A DNA stretch of 64,000 nt from Occultella glacieicola (lineage in GTDB: Bacteria > Actinomycetota > Actinomycetes > Actinomycetales > Beutenbergiaceae): positions 62,001 through 126,000 of the forward strand of contig NZ_SMNA01000010.1 of assembly GCF_004353825.1 (NCBI RefSeq), in the 5' to 3' direction. The position numbers and the translations under genes were made by a program. Positions 20,952-30,772 of this stretch are shown here, in pieces. The notes beneath the pieces were generated by a model, which was not told the origin of the DNA, ran no database searches, and saw nothing but the letters and a program-made list of their open reading frames with translations. The stretch's first letter is position 1; each line of letters starts with the position of its first letter.

Positions 20952-22145
20952 GTGACCTCCCTGCAGATCGGGCCCATCGAGGTGGGCACCCCGGTGATCC
21001 TCGCGCCCATGGCGGGGGTCACGAACGCGCCGTTCCGGACCCTGTGCCGGGACGCCGCGGCCGGTGCGCTGCCGTCGGAGCGGGCGGCCGAGCTCGAGGG
21101 GAACCCGGCGCCGGTCGGCCTGTACGTCGCCGAGATGGTGACCTCCCGAGCGCTGGTGGAGCGAACCCCGGAGTCGATGCGGATCATCTCCCACGACGAG
21201 GGCGAGGGGGTGCGCAGCGTGCAGTTGTACGGCGTCGATCCGGCCACCGTGCGGGCCGCGACGCGGATGCTCGTCACCGAGGACCGCGCCGACCACATCG
21301 ACCTGAACTTCGGCTGTCCGGTGCCCAAGGTGACCCGCAAGGGCGGGGGCGCGGTGCTGCCGTGGAAGAGCGAGCTGTTCACGAGGATCGTCACCGCGGC
21401 CGTCCAGGCCACCGAGGGCTCCGACGTGCCGGTCACCGTGAAGATGCGGATGGGCATCGACGCCGACCACCTCACCTACCTCGACGCCGGCAAGCGCGCC
21501 CAGGACGCGGGTGTGGCCGCCGTCGCGCTGCACGCCCGCACTGCCGCCGACTACTACTCCGGCACCGCCCACTGGGACGCGATCGCCGCGCTCAAGGAAG
21601 CCGTGACCGATGTGCCGGTGCTCGGCAACGGGGACATCTGGTCCGCCGAGGACGCGCTCGCCATGGTCGCGCACACCGGGTGTGACGGAGTCGTGGTCGG
21701 GCGTGGTTGCCAGGGGCGGCCGTGGCTGTTCGCCGACCTCGTGGCCGCGTTCGCCGGGTCCGACGACCGGATCCAGCCGGGCCTCGGCTACGTGACGAAC
21801 GTGATCCGTCGGCACGCCGACCTGATGGTGGCGCACTTCGGCGAGGAGCTGAAGGCCTTGCGGGAGCTGCGCAAGCACATGTCCTGGTACCTCAAGGGGT
21901 ATGTGGTGGGCGGCGAGGCCCGGGCCGCGCTCGGCATGGTGTCCACCCTCGACGAGCTCGACGAACGCCTCGGCGCGCTCGAGCTCGCGCAGCCGTACCC
22001 GGGCGAGGGCGCCGAGGGACCGCGCGGGCGGGCCGGCACCCCGAAGGTGCCGCACGTGCCGCAGGGCTGGCTGGACTCGCGCGCCATCGACGCCGGACTG
22101 CGCGAGATGCTCGCCGAGGCCGAGCTCAGCGTCTCCGGCGGCTGA
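20952..22145 (+). CDS. dusB: tRNA-dihydrouridine synthase
   Basis: LAPMAGVT, IDLNFGCPVPKV, LHART and GNGDI. Confidence 0.95.
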   Translation: MTSLQIGPIEVGTPVILAPMAGVTNAPFRTLCRDAAAGALPSERAAELEGNPAPVGLYVAEMVTSRALVERTPESMRIISHDEGEGVRSVQLYGVDPATVRAATRMLVTEDRADHIDLNFGCPVPKVTRKGGGAVLPWKSELFTRIVTAAVQATEGSDVPVTVKMRMGIDADHLTYLDAGKRAQDAGVAAVALHARTAADYYSGTAHWDAIAALKEAVTDVPVLGNGDIWSAEDALAMVAHTGCDGVVVGRGCQGRPWLFADLVAAFAGSDDRIQPGLGYVTNVIRRHADLMVAHFGEELKALRELRKHMSWYLKGYVVGGEARAALGMVSTLDELDERLGALELAQPYPGEGAEGPRGRAGTPKVPHVPQGWLDSRAIDAGLREMLAEAELSVSGG

Positions 22146-22353
22146 GGAGGCGCCGGCCCAGCCCTGAGACCTCAGGCCTCAGAGCTCAGGCCTCAGACGA
22201 GAGTGTCATCCTGCGGCTGATCGGCTCCATCGGCCGCACAATCGCTCATCCGGCGGGTGCGACCGGCCCAGGGGTTCGGCCGAGCGAGTCCTTGTGCGGC
22301 GGATCCGGGCCGTCGACCGCAAGATCGCACCTTCGCCGGCGCCGAGCGGGCCC

Positions 22354-22392
22354 GGGTGAGCGGGTCTGGGTGAGCGGGTCTGGGTGAGCGGG
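22354..22392. repeat. Short tandem repeat GGGTGAGCGGGTCT x~3
   Basis: Seen directly between convergent dusB and the LacI gene. Confidence 0.75.
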
Positions 22393-22408
22393 GCAGCCGA
22401 GGCGTGCG

Positions 22409-23431
22409 TCAGGACCGGCGCGGGCACGCGCCCGTGGAGTCCCGAACGATCAGTTCCGGACTGAACAGCAGCTCGGTGCGGGGCGGGTTGGTGCCGGCGA
22501 TCTCGGCGAGCATGGTGTTCACCACGGCCATCGACATCGCATCGACACTCTGACGGATCGTGGTCAGCGGCGGGTCCGTGAACGCCATCAGCGACGAGTC
22601 GTCGTAGCCGACCACGGAGACGTCCTCCGGCACGGACAGCCCACGCGAGCGGACCGCCCGGATCGCGCCCAGCGCCATCAGGTCGGACCCGCAGACGATC
22701 GCGGTGTGACCGCTGTCGAGCAGTTCGGAGGCTGCCGCCTGGCCGCCCTCCACGGTGAACAGGCTGGTCGCGATGTGCGGCGCGGCGTCGGCGATGCCGA
22801 GCCGCTCGGAGAGCGCGCGGCTGAACCCCTCCACCTTGCGAGCCGCCGGCAGGAACCGTTGCGGCCCGACCGCCAGGCCGATCTTGGAGTGCCCCTGGGA
22901 GATCAGGTGCCGGACCGCCAGGTCCATGCTGCCGACGTCGTCGGAGGAGATCGCCGGGGCGTCGAGCTCGGCCACGTAGCCATTCACGAGTACCAGCGGG
23001 GTGCCCAGGCTGCGCAGCCGGTGATAGCGGTCCATTCCGGCCTGGGTGTCCGCGTGCAGGCCGGAGACGAAGATGATCCCGTCCACCCCGTGGTCGAGCA
23101 GCATCTGCACGTACTCGTCCTCGGTGGTGCCCCCGGGCGACTGGGTGCACAGCAACGGGGTGTACCCGGCGTGGGCCAGCGCGGACTCGATCTTCTGCGC
23201 GAAGTTCGGGAACACCGGGTTGGTCAGTTCCGGCACCACCAGGCCGATCAGGCCCGCGGATCGGCGGCGCAACTTCTCCGGCCGCTCGTACCCGAGCACG
23301 TCCAGCGCGGCGAGCACGGCCTGACGGGTCTCCGCGGAGACGCCGGCCTTGCCGTTCAACACCCGGGAGACGGTGGCGGTGCTGACGCCGGCCTGGTCGG
23401 CCAGATCGGTGAGCGTGGTGCGCGTGGGCAC
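22409..23431 (-). CDS. malR: LacI-family regulator of the maltose operon (MalR-like)
   Basis: LADQAGVSTATVSRVLN, GYDDS and PPLTTIRQ. Divergent from malE. Confidence 0.85.
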   Translation of the reverse strand: MPTRTTLTDLADQAGVSTATVSRVLNGKAGVSAETRQAVLAALDVLGYERPEKLRRRSAGLIGLVVPELTNPVFPNFAQKIESALAHAGYTPLLCTQSPGGTTEDEYVQMLLDHGVDGIIFVSGLHADTQAGMDRYHRLRSLGTPLVLVNGYVAELDAPAISSDDVGSMDLAVRHLISQGHSKIGLAVGPQRFLPAARKVEGFSRALSERLGIADAAPHIATSLFTVEGGQAAASELLDSGHTAIVCGSDLMALGAIRAVRSRGLSVPEDVSVVGYDDSSLMAFTDPPLTTIRQSVDAMSMAVVNTMLAEIAGTNPPRTELLFSPELIVRDSTGACPRRS

Positions 23432-23503
23432 GGGACCTCCCTGTCCTCGTCTGCGGTCCTCCGGAACGGTACTGGGTCCGGGGGGAGCGCCGTGACAACG
23501 GTT

Positions 23504-23543
23504 CTGTAACAAGACCCTGAAAGTTACAGCAAGGACTTGCAAG
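23504..23543. promoter_or_regulatory. Putative MalR operators
   Basis: CTGTAAC...GTTACAG inverted repeat (23504-23529) and CTTGCAAG palindrome (23536-23543) in the AT-richer malR-malE spacer. Confidence 0.6.
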
Positions 23544-23643
23544 ATCCAAGCCGCAACGGTTACGGTCTCGTCATCCGGGCGACGCTGCGGCCAAAGCCGC
23601 CCCGCGATCGCCACACGTGTGGACACATTTCAGGAGAGATCGG

Positions 23644-24900
23644 ATGCGACGGAGCATTGTCATCACCGCAGCGGTGGGCCTCACCATGGCCCTGGCTGCC
23701 TGCGGTGGCGGATCGGGCAGCGGTGACGAAGAGACCACCGGCGCCGAGGAGACCACCGAGGCGGGTGAGTCGGCGGGCACCCTCACCATCTGGGCGGACG
23801 AGTTCCGCGCCGCCGCCCTGACCGACATCGTCGCCCAGTTCGAGGAGGACAAGGGCGTCACGGTGGAGATCGTCGAGAAGAACTTCGACGACATCCGCCC
23901 CGAGTTCATCACGCAGGCACCCACCGGCGAGGGCCCGGACATCATCGTCGGCGCCCACGACTGGGCCGGCGAGCTCGTCACGGATGGCCTGGTCTCCCCG
24001 GTGGAGCTCGGCGACGTCGCCGCGGACTTCGCCGAGGTGGCCGTGTCTGCCTTCACCTACGAGGGCTCGGTCTACGGGGTGCCCTACGGCATCGAGAACG
24101 TCGCGCTGGTGCGTAACAACGCCCTCGCCTCGGACACCCCGGCCACCTTCGACGAACTGATCGCCCAGGGCGAGGCCACCGGCGCCGAGTACCCGGTGCT
24201 GATCCAGATGGGCGAGGAGGGCGACGCCTTCCACATGTACCCGCTGCAGACCTCCTTCGGCGCCCCGGTGTTCGCCACCGACGAGTCCGGTTCCTACATC
24301 CCCGAGCTCGCGCTCGGCGGTGCCGAGGGAACCGCGTTCGCGGAGTACCTCGCCTCGATCGGCCAGGCGGGCTCCGGCGTCCTGGACACCGCGATCACCG
24401 GCGACATCGCCCGCGAGGCGTTCGCCAACGGCGAGTCCCCGTACATCATCACCGGCCCGTGGAACATCGCGCCGTTCACCGACGCCGGCGTCGACCTCAC
24501 CGTGCTGCCGATCCCGAGTGCCGGTGGCCAGCCCGCCGCACCGTTCGTGGGCGTGCAGGGCTTCTACGTGAGCGCGCACTCCGAGAACGGCATCCTCGCG
24601 AACGAGTTCCTCGTCAACTACGCCGCCACCGAGGACGTCCAGGTCGCGATGTACGAGACCGGTGGACGGATCCCGGCGCTGACCGCCGCGGCGGAGGCCG
24701 TGGGCGACGACCCGGTCGCGGCCGGCTTCACCGCCGCCGGCGAGATCGGCGTGCCGATGCCGTCGCTGCCGCAGATGAACTCCGTGTGGGCGTTCTGGGG
24801 CGTCACCGAGGCGAACCTGGTCTCCGGCGTCGCCACCGACCCGGCCGCGGACTGGGCCACGATGGTGGAGAACATCCAGGGCGCGATCGACGCGGCCTGA
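23644..24900 (+). CDS. malE: Maltose/maltodextrin ABC substrate-binding lipoprotein
   Basis: Lipobox LAAC, GPDIIVGAHDWAG, PFVGVQG and MPSLPQMNSVW. Confidence 0.9.
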   Translation: MRRSIVITAAVGLTMALAACGGGSGSGDEETTGAEETTEAGESAGTLTIWADEFRAAALTDIVAQFEEDKGVTVEIVEKNFDDIRPEFITQAPTGEGPDIIVGAHDWAGELVTDGLVSPVELGDVAADFAEVAVSAFTYEGSVYGVPYGIENVALVRNNALASDTPATFDELIAQGEATGAEYPVLIQMGEEGDAFHMYPLQTSFGAPVFATDESGSYIPELALGGAEGTAFAEYLASIGQAGSGVLDTAITGDIAREAFANGESPYIITGPWNIAPFTDAGVDLTVLPIPSAGGQPAAPFVGVQGFYVSAHSENGILANEFLVNYAATEDVQVAMYETGGRIPALTAAAEAVGDDPVAAGFTAAGEIGVPMPSLPQMNSVWAFWGVTEANLVSGVATDPAADWATMVENIQGAIDAA

Positions 24901-24909
24901 TCCCACCAT

Positions 24910-24944
24910 GGGTGGGCCGGCCGTGACGGGCGGCCGGCCCACCC
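24910..24944 (+). terminator. GC-rich hairpin between malE and malF (partial terminator or mRNA stabiliser)
   Basis: GGGTGGGCCGGCCG / CGGCCGGCCCACCC, 14-bp perfect stem. Confidence 0.65.
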
Positions 24945-25058
24945 CCCAACCCGCGATCCGCACCGCCGCCCGGATGTCCCGGGGCGCCGGTGCGCTGCTG
25001 GTCCTACAGTTCAGACCCAGGCGCGCGAGGTCGCGCGCCACGGCCCGGGAGGCACCCC

Positions 25059-26702
25059 TTGGCACGCATGAAGGGCCGCGACGCGGCGGACACGACCGAC
25101 GCCCCGCCGCCGAGCCCGGACGAGGTGGCGGCCGCCGAGCGTGCGGCAGCCGGGCGCGGCACCACCTCCCACGCCCGCGAGATGGGCCCATACTTCGTGG
25201 TCAAGCTCGTCCTGCTGGCGCTGATCGACGCGTTCGGCCTGTTCGTGATCTTCTCGTCCTGGCAGGTCGAGCACTGGGGCATCCTCGCCTCGATGGTCGC
25301 CATCCTGGTCGTGGTGAACTGGGTCTACTTCTCGAGGCGGATGATCGCCGCGAAGTACCTCTTCCCCGGCCTGGTCTTCCTGCTCGTCTACCAGCTGTTC
25401 ACGATGGGCTACACCGCCTACATCAGCTTCACGAACTACGGCACCGGCCACAACGCCACCCGCGAGGACGCGGTCGCGGCGAACCTCGCGCAGAACGAGA
25501 GCCGGGTGCCGGACTCGCCGAGCTATCCGCTCACCGTCGTCACCACGCCCGACGGCGAACTCGGCTTCGCGATCGTCGACGACGGTGAGGTGCTGGCCGG
25601 CACCGCGGAGCAGCCGTTCGAGGAGTCGCCGGATGCCACGGTGGCCGATGGCGACGTCACCGAGGTCCCCGGGTACGACGTCCTGAGCTTCGCCCAGATC
25701 CTCGAACAGCAGAACGAGATCACGAACCTGCGGGTCGGCTTCGCCGACGCCGACGAGGGCAGCATCCGCACCCAGGACGGCTCCACCGGATACCTGTACC
25801 GGTCCGTCCTCACCTATGACGAGGCCACCGGGGCGATCACGAACACGGACACCGGCGTCGTCTACACCGACAACGGCGAGGGATCGTTCCAGGCCGAGGA
25901 CGGCTCGACACTCCTGGTCGGCTGGCGCGTGGCGGTCGGGTTCGACAACTACACGGCGATGTTCACCGACTCCCGGCTGAGCGGTCCGTTCCTGTCCGTG
26001 CTCGCGTGGACGTTCGCGTTCGCGATCCTGTCCGTCGGCACCACGTTCTTCCTCGGTCTGTTCCTCGCGATCGTGTTCAACCACCCGGCGGTGCGGGGCC
26101 GACGGGTGATCCGGTCGCTGCTGATCCTGCCGTACGCGTTCCCCGGCTTCCTCTCCGGGCTGGTCTGGGCCGGGCTGCTCAACCGCCGGTTCGGGTTCAT
26201 CAACGAGGTACTGCTCGGCGGGGCCGAGATTCCCTGGCTGACCGACCCGTGGCTGGCCAAATTGTCCGTGATCGGGGTGAACCTGTGGCTCGGCTTCCCG
26301 TACATGTTCCTCATCGCCACGGGCGCCCTGCAGGCCATCTCGACGGACATGTACGAGGCGGCGCGGATCGACGGTGCCGGGGCCGGCAGGGTGTTCCGCT
26401 CGATCACCCTGCCGTTGCTGATGATCTCCCTGGCTCCCCTGCTGATCGCCTCGTTCGCGTTCAACTTCAACAATTTCAACCTGATCTTCTTCCTGACCGA
26501 GGGCGGCCCGAACTTCCCCGGCTCGCCGATCGCGGTCGGCGCCACGGACATCCTGATCTCGATGGTCTACTCGGTGGCCTTCGAATCGGGCACGCAGCAG
26601 TTCGGCCTGGCCTCTGCGATGGCGATCATGATCTTCATCATGGTCGGCGTGATCTCGTGGCTCGGCTTCAGACAGACCCACAAGCTCGAGGAGGTGATCT
26701 GA
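25059..26702 (+). CDS. malF: Maltose ABC permease MalF
   Basis: AKYLFPG, FTNYGTGH, large extracytoplasmic loop, NLWLGFPYMF and YEAARIDGA. Confidence 0.9.
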   Translation: MARMKGRDAADTTDAPPPSPDEVAAAERAAAGRGTTSHAREMGPYFVVKLVLLALIDAFGLFVIFSSWQVEHWGILASMVAILVVVNWVYFSRRMIAAKYLFPGLVFLLVYQLFTMGYTAYISFTNYGTGHNATREDAVAANLAQNESRVPDSPSYPLTVVTTPDGELGFAIVDDGEVLAGTAEQPFEESPDATVADGDVTEVPGYDVLSFAQILEQQNEITNLRVGFADADEGSIRTQDGSTGYLYRSVLTYDEATGAITNTDTGVVYTDNGEGSFQAEDGSTLLVGWRVAVGFDNYTAMFTDSRLSGPFLSVLAWTFAFAILSVGTTFFLGLFLAIVFNHPAVRGRRVIRSLLILPYAFPGFLSGLVWAGLLNRRFGFINEVLLGGAEIPWLTDPWLAKLSVIGVNLWLGFPYMFLIATGALQAISTDMYEAARIDGAGAGRVFRSITLPLLMISLAPLLIASFAFNFNNFNLIFFLTEGGPNFPGSPIAVGATDILISMVYSVAFESGTQQFGLASAMAIMIFIMVGVISWLGFRQTHKLEEVI

Positions 26703-26703
26703 C

Positions 26704-27576
26704 ATGGCTGCCGAGACCTTCGTGCAGGTCCGGGGTCGCCGCTGGTGGCGTGAGATCAGTTGGCGCTACCTCGTGGCCGCGGTCGCGATCGTCTACGCCG
26801 CGTTCCCGATCGTCTACGTGCTGTCCGCGTCGCTGTCCGCGCGGGGCACGCTGACCGGGTCGAACGAGCTCTTCGCGGACGTCACCACCGTCCAGTACGA
26901 CGCCCTGTTCCAGACGCTCTTCCCGCAGTGGATGGTCAACTCGCTCGTGATCGGCGGGGTGACCGCCGTGGCCACCGTGCTGATGGCGTCCGCCGCGGCC
27001 TACGCGTTCTCCCGGTTCCGGTTCGCCGGCCGCCGCGGTGGTCTCACGTTCCTGCTCCTGGTCCAGATGTTCCCGCAGATGCTCGCGTTCATCGCGATCT
27101 TCCTGCTGCTGCTGAGCCTGCGGGACGTGATCCCGATCCTCGGCCTCAACTCCCGGCTCGCACTGATCTGTGTCTATCTCGGCGGGGCGCTCGGCGCGAA
27201 CACGTTCCTGATGTACGGGTTCTTCAACTCGGTCCCGAAGGAACTGGACGAGGCCGCCAAGATCGACGGCGCCGGGCACGCCCGGATCTTCTTCACGATC
27301 ATCCTGCGGCTGGTCGCACCGGTGCTCGCGGTGGTGGCCCTGCTCTCCTTCGTCGGCACGTTCTCGGACTACATCATCGCCGGCATCGTGCTCCAGGATC
27401 AGGACAAGCTGACCATCGCGGTGGGCCTTTACCAGTTCATCGCAGGCCAGTTCGACGCCCGCTGGGGCATCTTCGCCGCCGGGGCCACGATCAGCGCGCT
27501 GCCGATCGTGATCCTGTTCCTGTTCCTGCAGCGCTACATCGTCGGCGGCCTGACGGCCGGGTCGGTCAAGGGCTGA
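26704..27576 (+). CDS. malG: Maltose ABC permease MalG
   Basis: AYAFSRFRF, QMFP, DEAAKIDGA and GLTAGSVKG. Confidence 0.9.
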   Translation: MAAETFVQVRGRRWWREISWRYLVAAVAIVYAAFPIVYVLSASLSARGTLTGSNELFADVTTVQYDALFQTLFPQWMVNSLVIGGVTAVATVLMASAAAYAFSRFRFAGRRGGLTFLLLVQMFPQMLAFIAIFLLLLSLRDVIPILGLNSRLALICVYLGGALGANTFLMYGFFNSVPKELDEAAKIDGAGHARIFFTIILRLVAPVLAVVALLSFVGTFSDYIIAGIVLQDQDKLTIAVGLYQFIAGQFDARWGIFAAGATISALPIVILFLFLQRYIVGGLTAGSVKG

Positions 27577-27617
27577 CGCCGCCGTTCGGACACGATGCCC
27601 GACGGCGGCCGGTCGCC

Positions 27618-29345
27618 TCAGCTTTCGAGCACGCCCCACACGGCGGTGTCGGCGGGCACAGCCTGGTGCCCCAGTTCGCCGCGCAGCTCGCCGCTGGCGA
27701 GGATCACGTCGAACCCGTCGGGCAGCGGGATCGGCCCGTCGCTGAGGTTGACCGCCACGATGACCTGCCGGTTCGTGAACACCAGCAGCCCGTGGTCGGG
27801 GCCCCAGGGGCCCTCCACCCAGGCCAGGGACCCGGTGCCGAGGTCGAAGTCGCGGCGCAGCCGCAGCGCCTTGCGGAAAAGTTCGTAGCTCGAGCCGGCC
27901 ACGCCCTTCTGGGCGTCGAGCGCGAAGCCCGCCCACGCCGTCGGCTGCGGGAGCCAGGAGGCGCCCGTGGGGGAGAACCCGAACGCCGGGGCGTCGGCCT
28001 CCCACGGCAGCGGCACCCGGCACCCGTCCCGGCCCTTCTCGGTGTGTCCGGACCGCCAGTAGGCCGGGTCCTCGCGGACGTCGTCGGGCAGGGCCGTGTG
28101 CTCGGGCAGCCCGAGCTCCTCGCCCTGGTAGATGTAGGCCGAGCCGGGCAGTGCGAGCATCAGCAGCGCGGCCGCGCGAGCCCGGCGTGCACCCAGTTCT
28201 GCGTCGGGCTGGGGGTCGTCGGCGCCGATCCCGTTCGGGCCCTTCCCGGTCTCCGGCAGGCCGAGCCGGGACGTGGCACGGACCACGTCATGGTTGGACA
28301 GCACCCAGGTGGTCGGTGCCCCGACCGAGTCGCAGGCGGCCAGCCCCTCGGTGATCGAGTCCTTCAGGGCGTGCGCGTCCCACTCGGTGCACAGGAAGTC
28401 GAAGTTGAACGCCTGATGCATCTCGTCGGGCCGGATGTAGCGGGCCATCGCCTCGTCGGTGTCGGCCCAGGCCTCGGCCACCAGGGCACGGTCACCGTCG
28501 TAGCCGGCGAGCACCTGGTGCCAGTCGCGATAGATCTCGTGCACCCGGGGCTGGTCCCACATCGGCGCGGGGCCCACACCCTCCTCACCGGCGTCGTCAC
28601 CGGCGATCATCTCGGCGTGCCCGGCCCAGTCCTCGAACCCCTGGTCCTTGATGAGGCCGTGGGCGACGTCCACCCGGAAGCCGTCCACGCCCCGGTCCAG
28701 CCAGAACCGCAGGATCGCCTCGAACTCCGCGCGGACCTCCGTGTTCTCCCAGTTCAGGTCCGGCTGGTGCACGTCGAACAGGTGCAGGTACCACTGGCCG
28801 GGAGTGCCGTCCGGCTCGGTGACCCGGGTCCAGGCCGGCCCGCCGAAGACGCTGCGCCAGTTGTTCGGCGCCTCGGACCCGCCCGACCCGCGACCGTCCC
28901 GGAAGATGTACCGGTCCCGCTCCGGGGAACCGGCCGGGGCGGGCAGGGCCGCACGGAACCAGGTGTGCTCATCGGAGGTGTGGTTCGGGACCAGGTCCAC
29001 GAGCACCCGTAGTCCGAGGGTGTGGGCCCGCTCGAGCAGGGCGTCGGCATCCTCGAGGGTCCCGAACCGCGGGTCCACCTGCCGGTAGTCAGCCACGTCG
29101 TAGCCCGCGTCGTGTTGGGGCGAGGTGTAGAAGGGGGAGAGCCAGAGGGCGTCCACGCCGAGCCGGCTCAGGTGGCCCAGGCGGGCGGTGATGCCCGGGA
29201 GGTCGCCGATCCCGTCGCCGTCGGAGTCCGAGAAGGACCGCGGGTACACCTGGTAGATCACCGCGCTGCGCCACCACTGACCGCCGGGGTCGTCCGCCCG
29301 GTGGATGAGGGTGGTACGAACGTCGGGGGAGTCCTCGGTCAGCAT
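27618..29345 (-). CDS. aglA: GH13 alpha-glucosidase
   Basis: WWRSAVIYQVYPRSF, DLVPNHTS, GFRVDVAH, NHD, YQGEELGL and GRDGCRVPLPW. Confidence 0.9.
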   Translation of the reverse strand: MLTEDSPDVRTTLIHRADDPGGQWWRSAVIYQVYPRSFSDSDGDGIGDLPGITARLGHLSRLGVDALWLSPFYTSPQHDAGYDVADYRQVDPRFGTLEDADALLERAHTLGLRVLVDLVPNHTSDEHTWFRAALPAPAGSPERDRYIFRDGRGSGGSEAPNNWRSVFGGPAWTRVTEPDGTPGQWYLHLFDVHQPDLNWENTEVRAEFEAILRFWLDRGVDGFRVDVAHGLIKDQGFEDWAGHAEMIAGDDAGEEGVGPAPMWDQPRVHEIYRDWHQVLAGYDGDRALVAEAWADTDEAMARYIRPDEMHQAFNFDFLCTEWDAHALKDSITEGLAACDSVGAPTTWVLSNHDVVRATSRLGLPETGKGPNGIGADDPQPDAELGARRARAAALLMLALPGSAYIYQGEELGLPEHTALPDDVREDPAYWRSGHTEKGRDGCRVPLPWEADAPAFGFSPTGASWLPQPTAWAGFALDAQKGVAGSSYELFRKALRLRRDFDLGTGSLAWVEGPWGPDHGLLVFTNRQVIVAVNLSDGPIPLPDGFDVILASGELRGELGHQAVPADTAVWGVLES

Positions 29346-29439
29346 TCGGCCATTCTCATCCCGCCCGGGCCCGGAGGGAAATCGGCGGAACATCCACGGG
29401 CCAGACGGCCCGATCGCGCATCGCCAGTAGTCTGAGGCC

Positions 29440-30729
29440 GTGCCGGCCCAACCCCAACGCCTCATCGGAGGCTACGACGCCGCGGACACCGACCGTTGGC
29501 TCGCCGAGCCGGGCAAGTCCGCCGCCCGCAGCCCCTTCGAGCGGGACCGCGCCCGGGTGGTGCACTCCTCCGCGCTGCGCCGGCTCGGTGCGAAGACGCA
29601 GGTGCTCGGCCCCGGCACGGACGACTTCGCCCGGACCCGGCTGACGCACTCCCTCGAGGTTGCGCAGGTGGGCCGAGAACTGGGCAAGTCCCTCGGCTGC
29701 GACCCGGACGTGGTCGACACCGCCTGCCTCGCGCACGACCTCGGGCACCCGCCGTTCGGGCACAACGGCGAGGTCGCACTCGCCCAGGTCGCCGCGGGCA
29801 TCGGTGGGTTCGAGGGCAATGCGCAGACCCTGCGCCTGCTCACCCGGCTCGAGCCGAAGGTGTTCACGCCCGACGGCGTGGGCGTGGGTCTGAACCTGAC
29901 CCGCGCCAGCCTGGACGCGGCCACGAAGTACCCCTGGTCGGCGGCGGACGCCCCGTTGCGGGCGGACGGGACGCCGTCGGGCAAGTTCGGCGTCTACGCC
30001 GGCGACGCCCCCGTCTTCGCCTGGCTGCGCGAGGGCGCCCCGGCGGGCGTGCGGTGCATCGAGTCGCAGGTGATGGACCTCGCCGACGACATCTCCTACT
30101 CGGTGCACGACGTCGAGGACGCGGTGTTCTCGGGCCGGGTTGACCTGCGCCGGTTGGGCGAGGAGTCCTCGCGCGAGCGGATCATCGCCCAGATCCGCGA
30201 CTGGTACGCCCCGCCCCTGTCCGACGAGGTCCTGCTCGCCGCGATGGACGAGCTCGGCTCGCTCGACTACTGGGTGCACCGCTACGACGGCACCCGCCGC
30301 GGACTGGCCGCCCTGAAGGACATGACCAGCCAGCTCATCGGCCGGTTCTGCGACTCCGCCGCCCGGGCCACTCGCGCCACCTACGGCGACGGCCCGCTGA
30401 TCCGCTACGACGGCAACCTGATCGTGCCCGATCACGTCCTCGCCGAGATCACCGTGCTCAAGGGGGTCGCGGCCGCGTTCGTGATGGCCCCGCGCGAGGA
30501 CGACCCGGTGTTCCGGCGGCAGCGCCTCATCCTCACCGACCTGGTCGCGGTCCTGTACGACCGGGCCGAACTGGCGCTCGCCGAGATCTTCGCGGAGGAC
30601 TGGTCCGAGGCAGGAGACGACGACCTCCGGCTGCGGGTGGTCATCGACCAGGTCGCCTCGCTCACGGACCTGTCCGCGCTCCAGTGGCACGCCCAACTGT
30701 GCGGGCCGGACGCGGGCACCGACCTCTGA
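29440..30729 (+). CDS. dgt: Deoxyguanosinetriphosphate triphosphohydrolase
   Basis: RTRLTHSLEVAQ, AHDLGHPPFGHNGE and DDISYSVHDVED. Confidence 0.95.
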   Translation: MPAQPQRLIGGYDAADTDRWLAEPGKSAARSPFERDRARVVHSSALRRLGAKTQVLGPGTDDFARTRLTHSLEVAQVGRELGKSLGCDPDVVDTACLAHDLGHPPFGHNGEVALAQVAAGIGGFEGNAQTLRLLTRLEPKVFTPDGVGVGLNLTRASLDAATKYPWSAADAPLRADGTPSGKFGVYAGDAPVFAWLREGAPAGVRCIESQVMDLADDISYSVHDVEDAVFSGRVDLRRLGEESSRERIIAQIRDWYAPPLSDEVLLAAMDELGSLDYWVHRYDGTRRGLAALKDMTSQLIGRFCDSAARATRATYGDGPLIRYDGNLIVPDHVLAEITVLKGVAAAFVMAPREDDPVFRRQRLILTDLVAVLYDRAELALAEIFAEDWSEAGDDDLRLRVVIDQVASLTDLSALQWHAQLCGPDAGTDL

Positions 30730-30772
30730 GTCGCCGCGCGGGTCCCCGCCGGTTCCGGCTTAGACTCGGCCC

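Noticed and set aside
29440..30729. dGTPase as an antiphage defence gene
   Set aside because: It sits in the usual housekeeping dgt-dnaG context with host-like codon usage.
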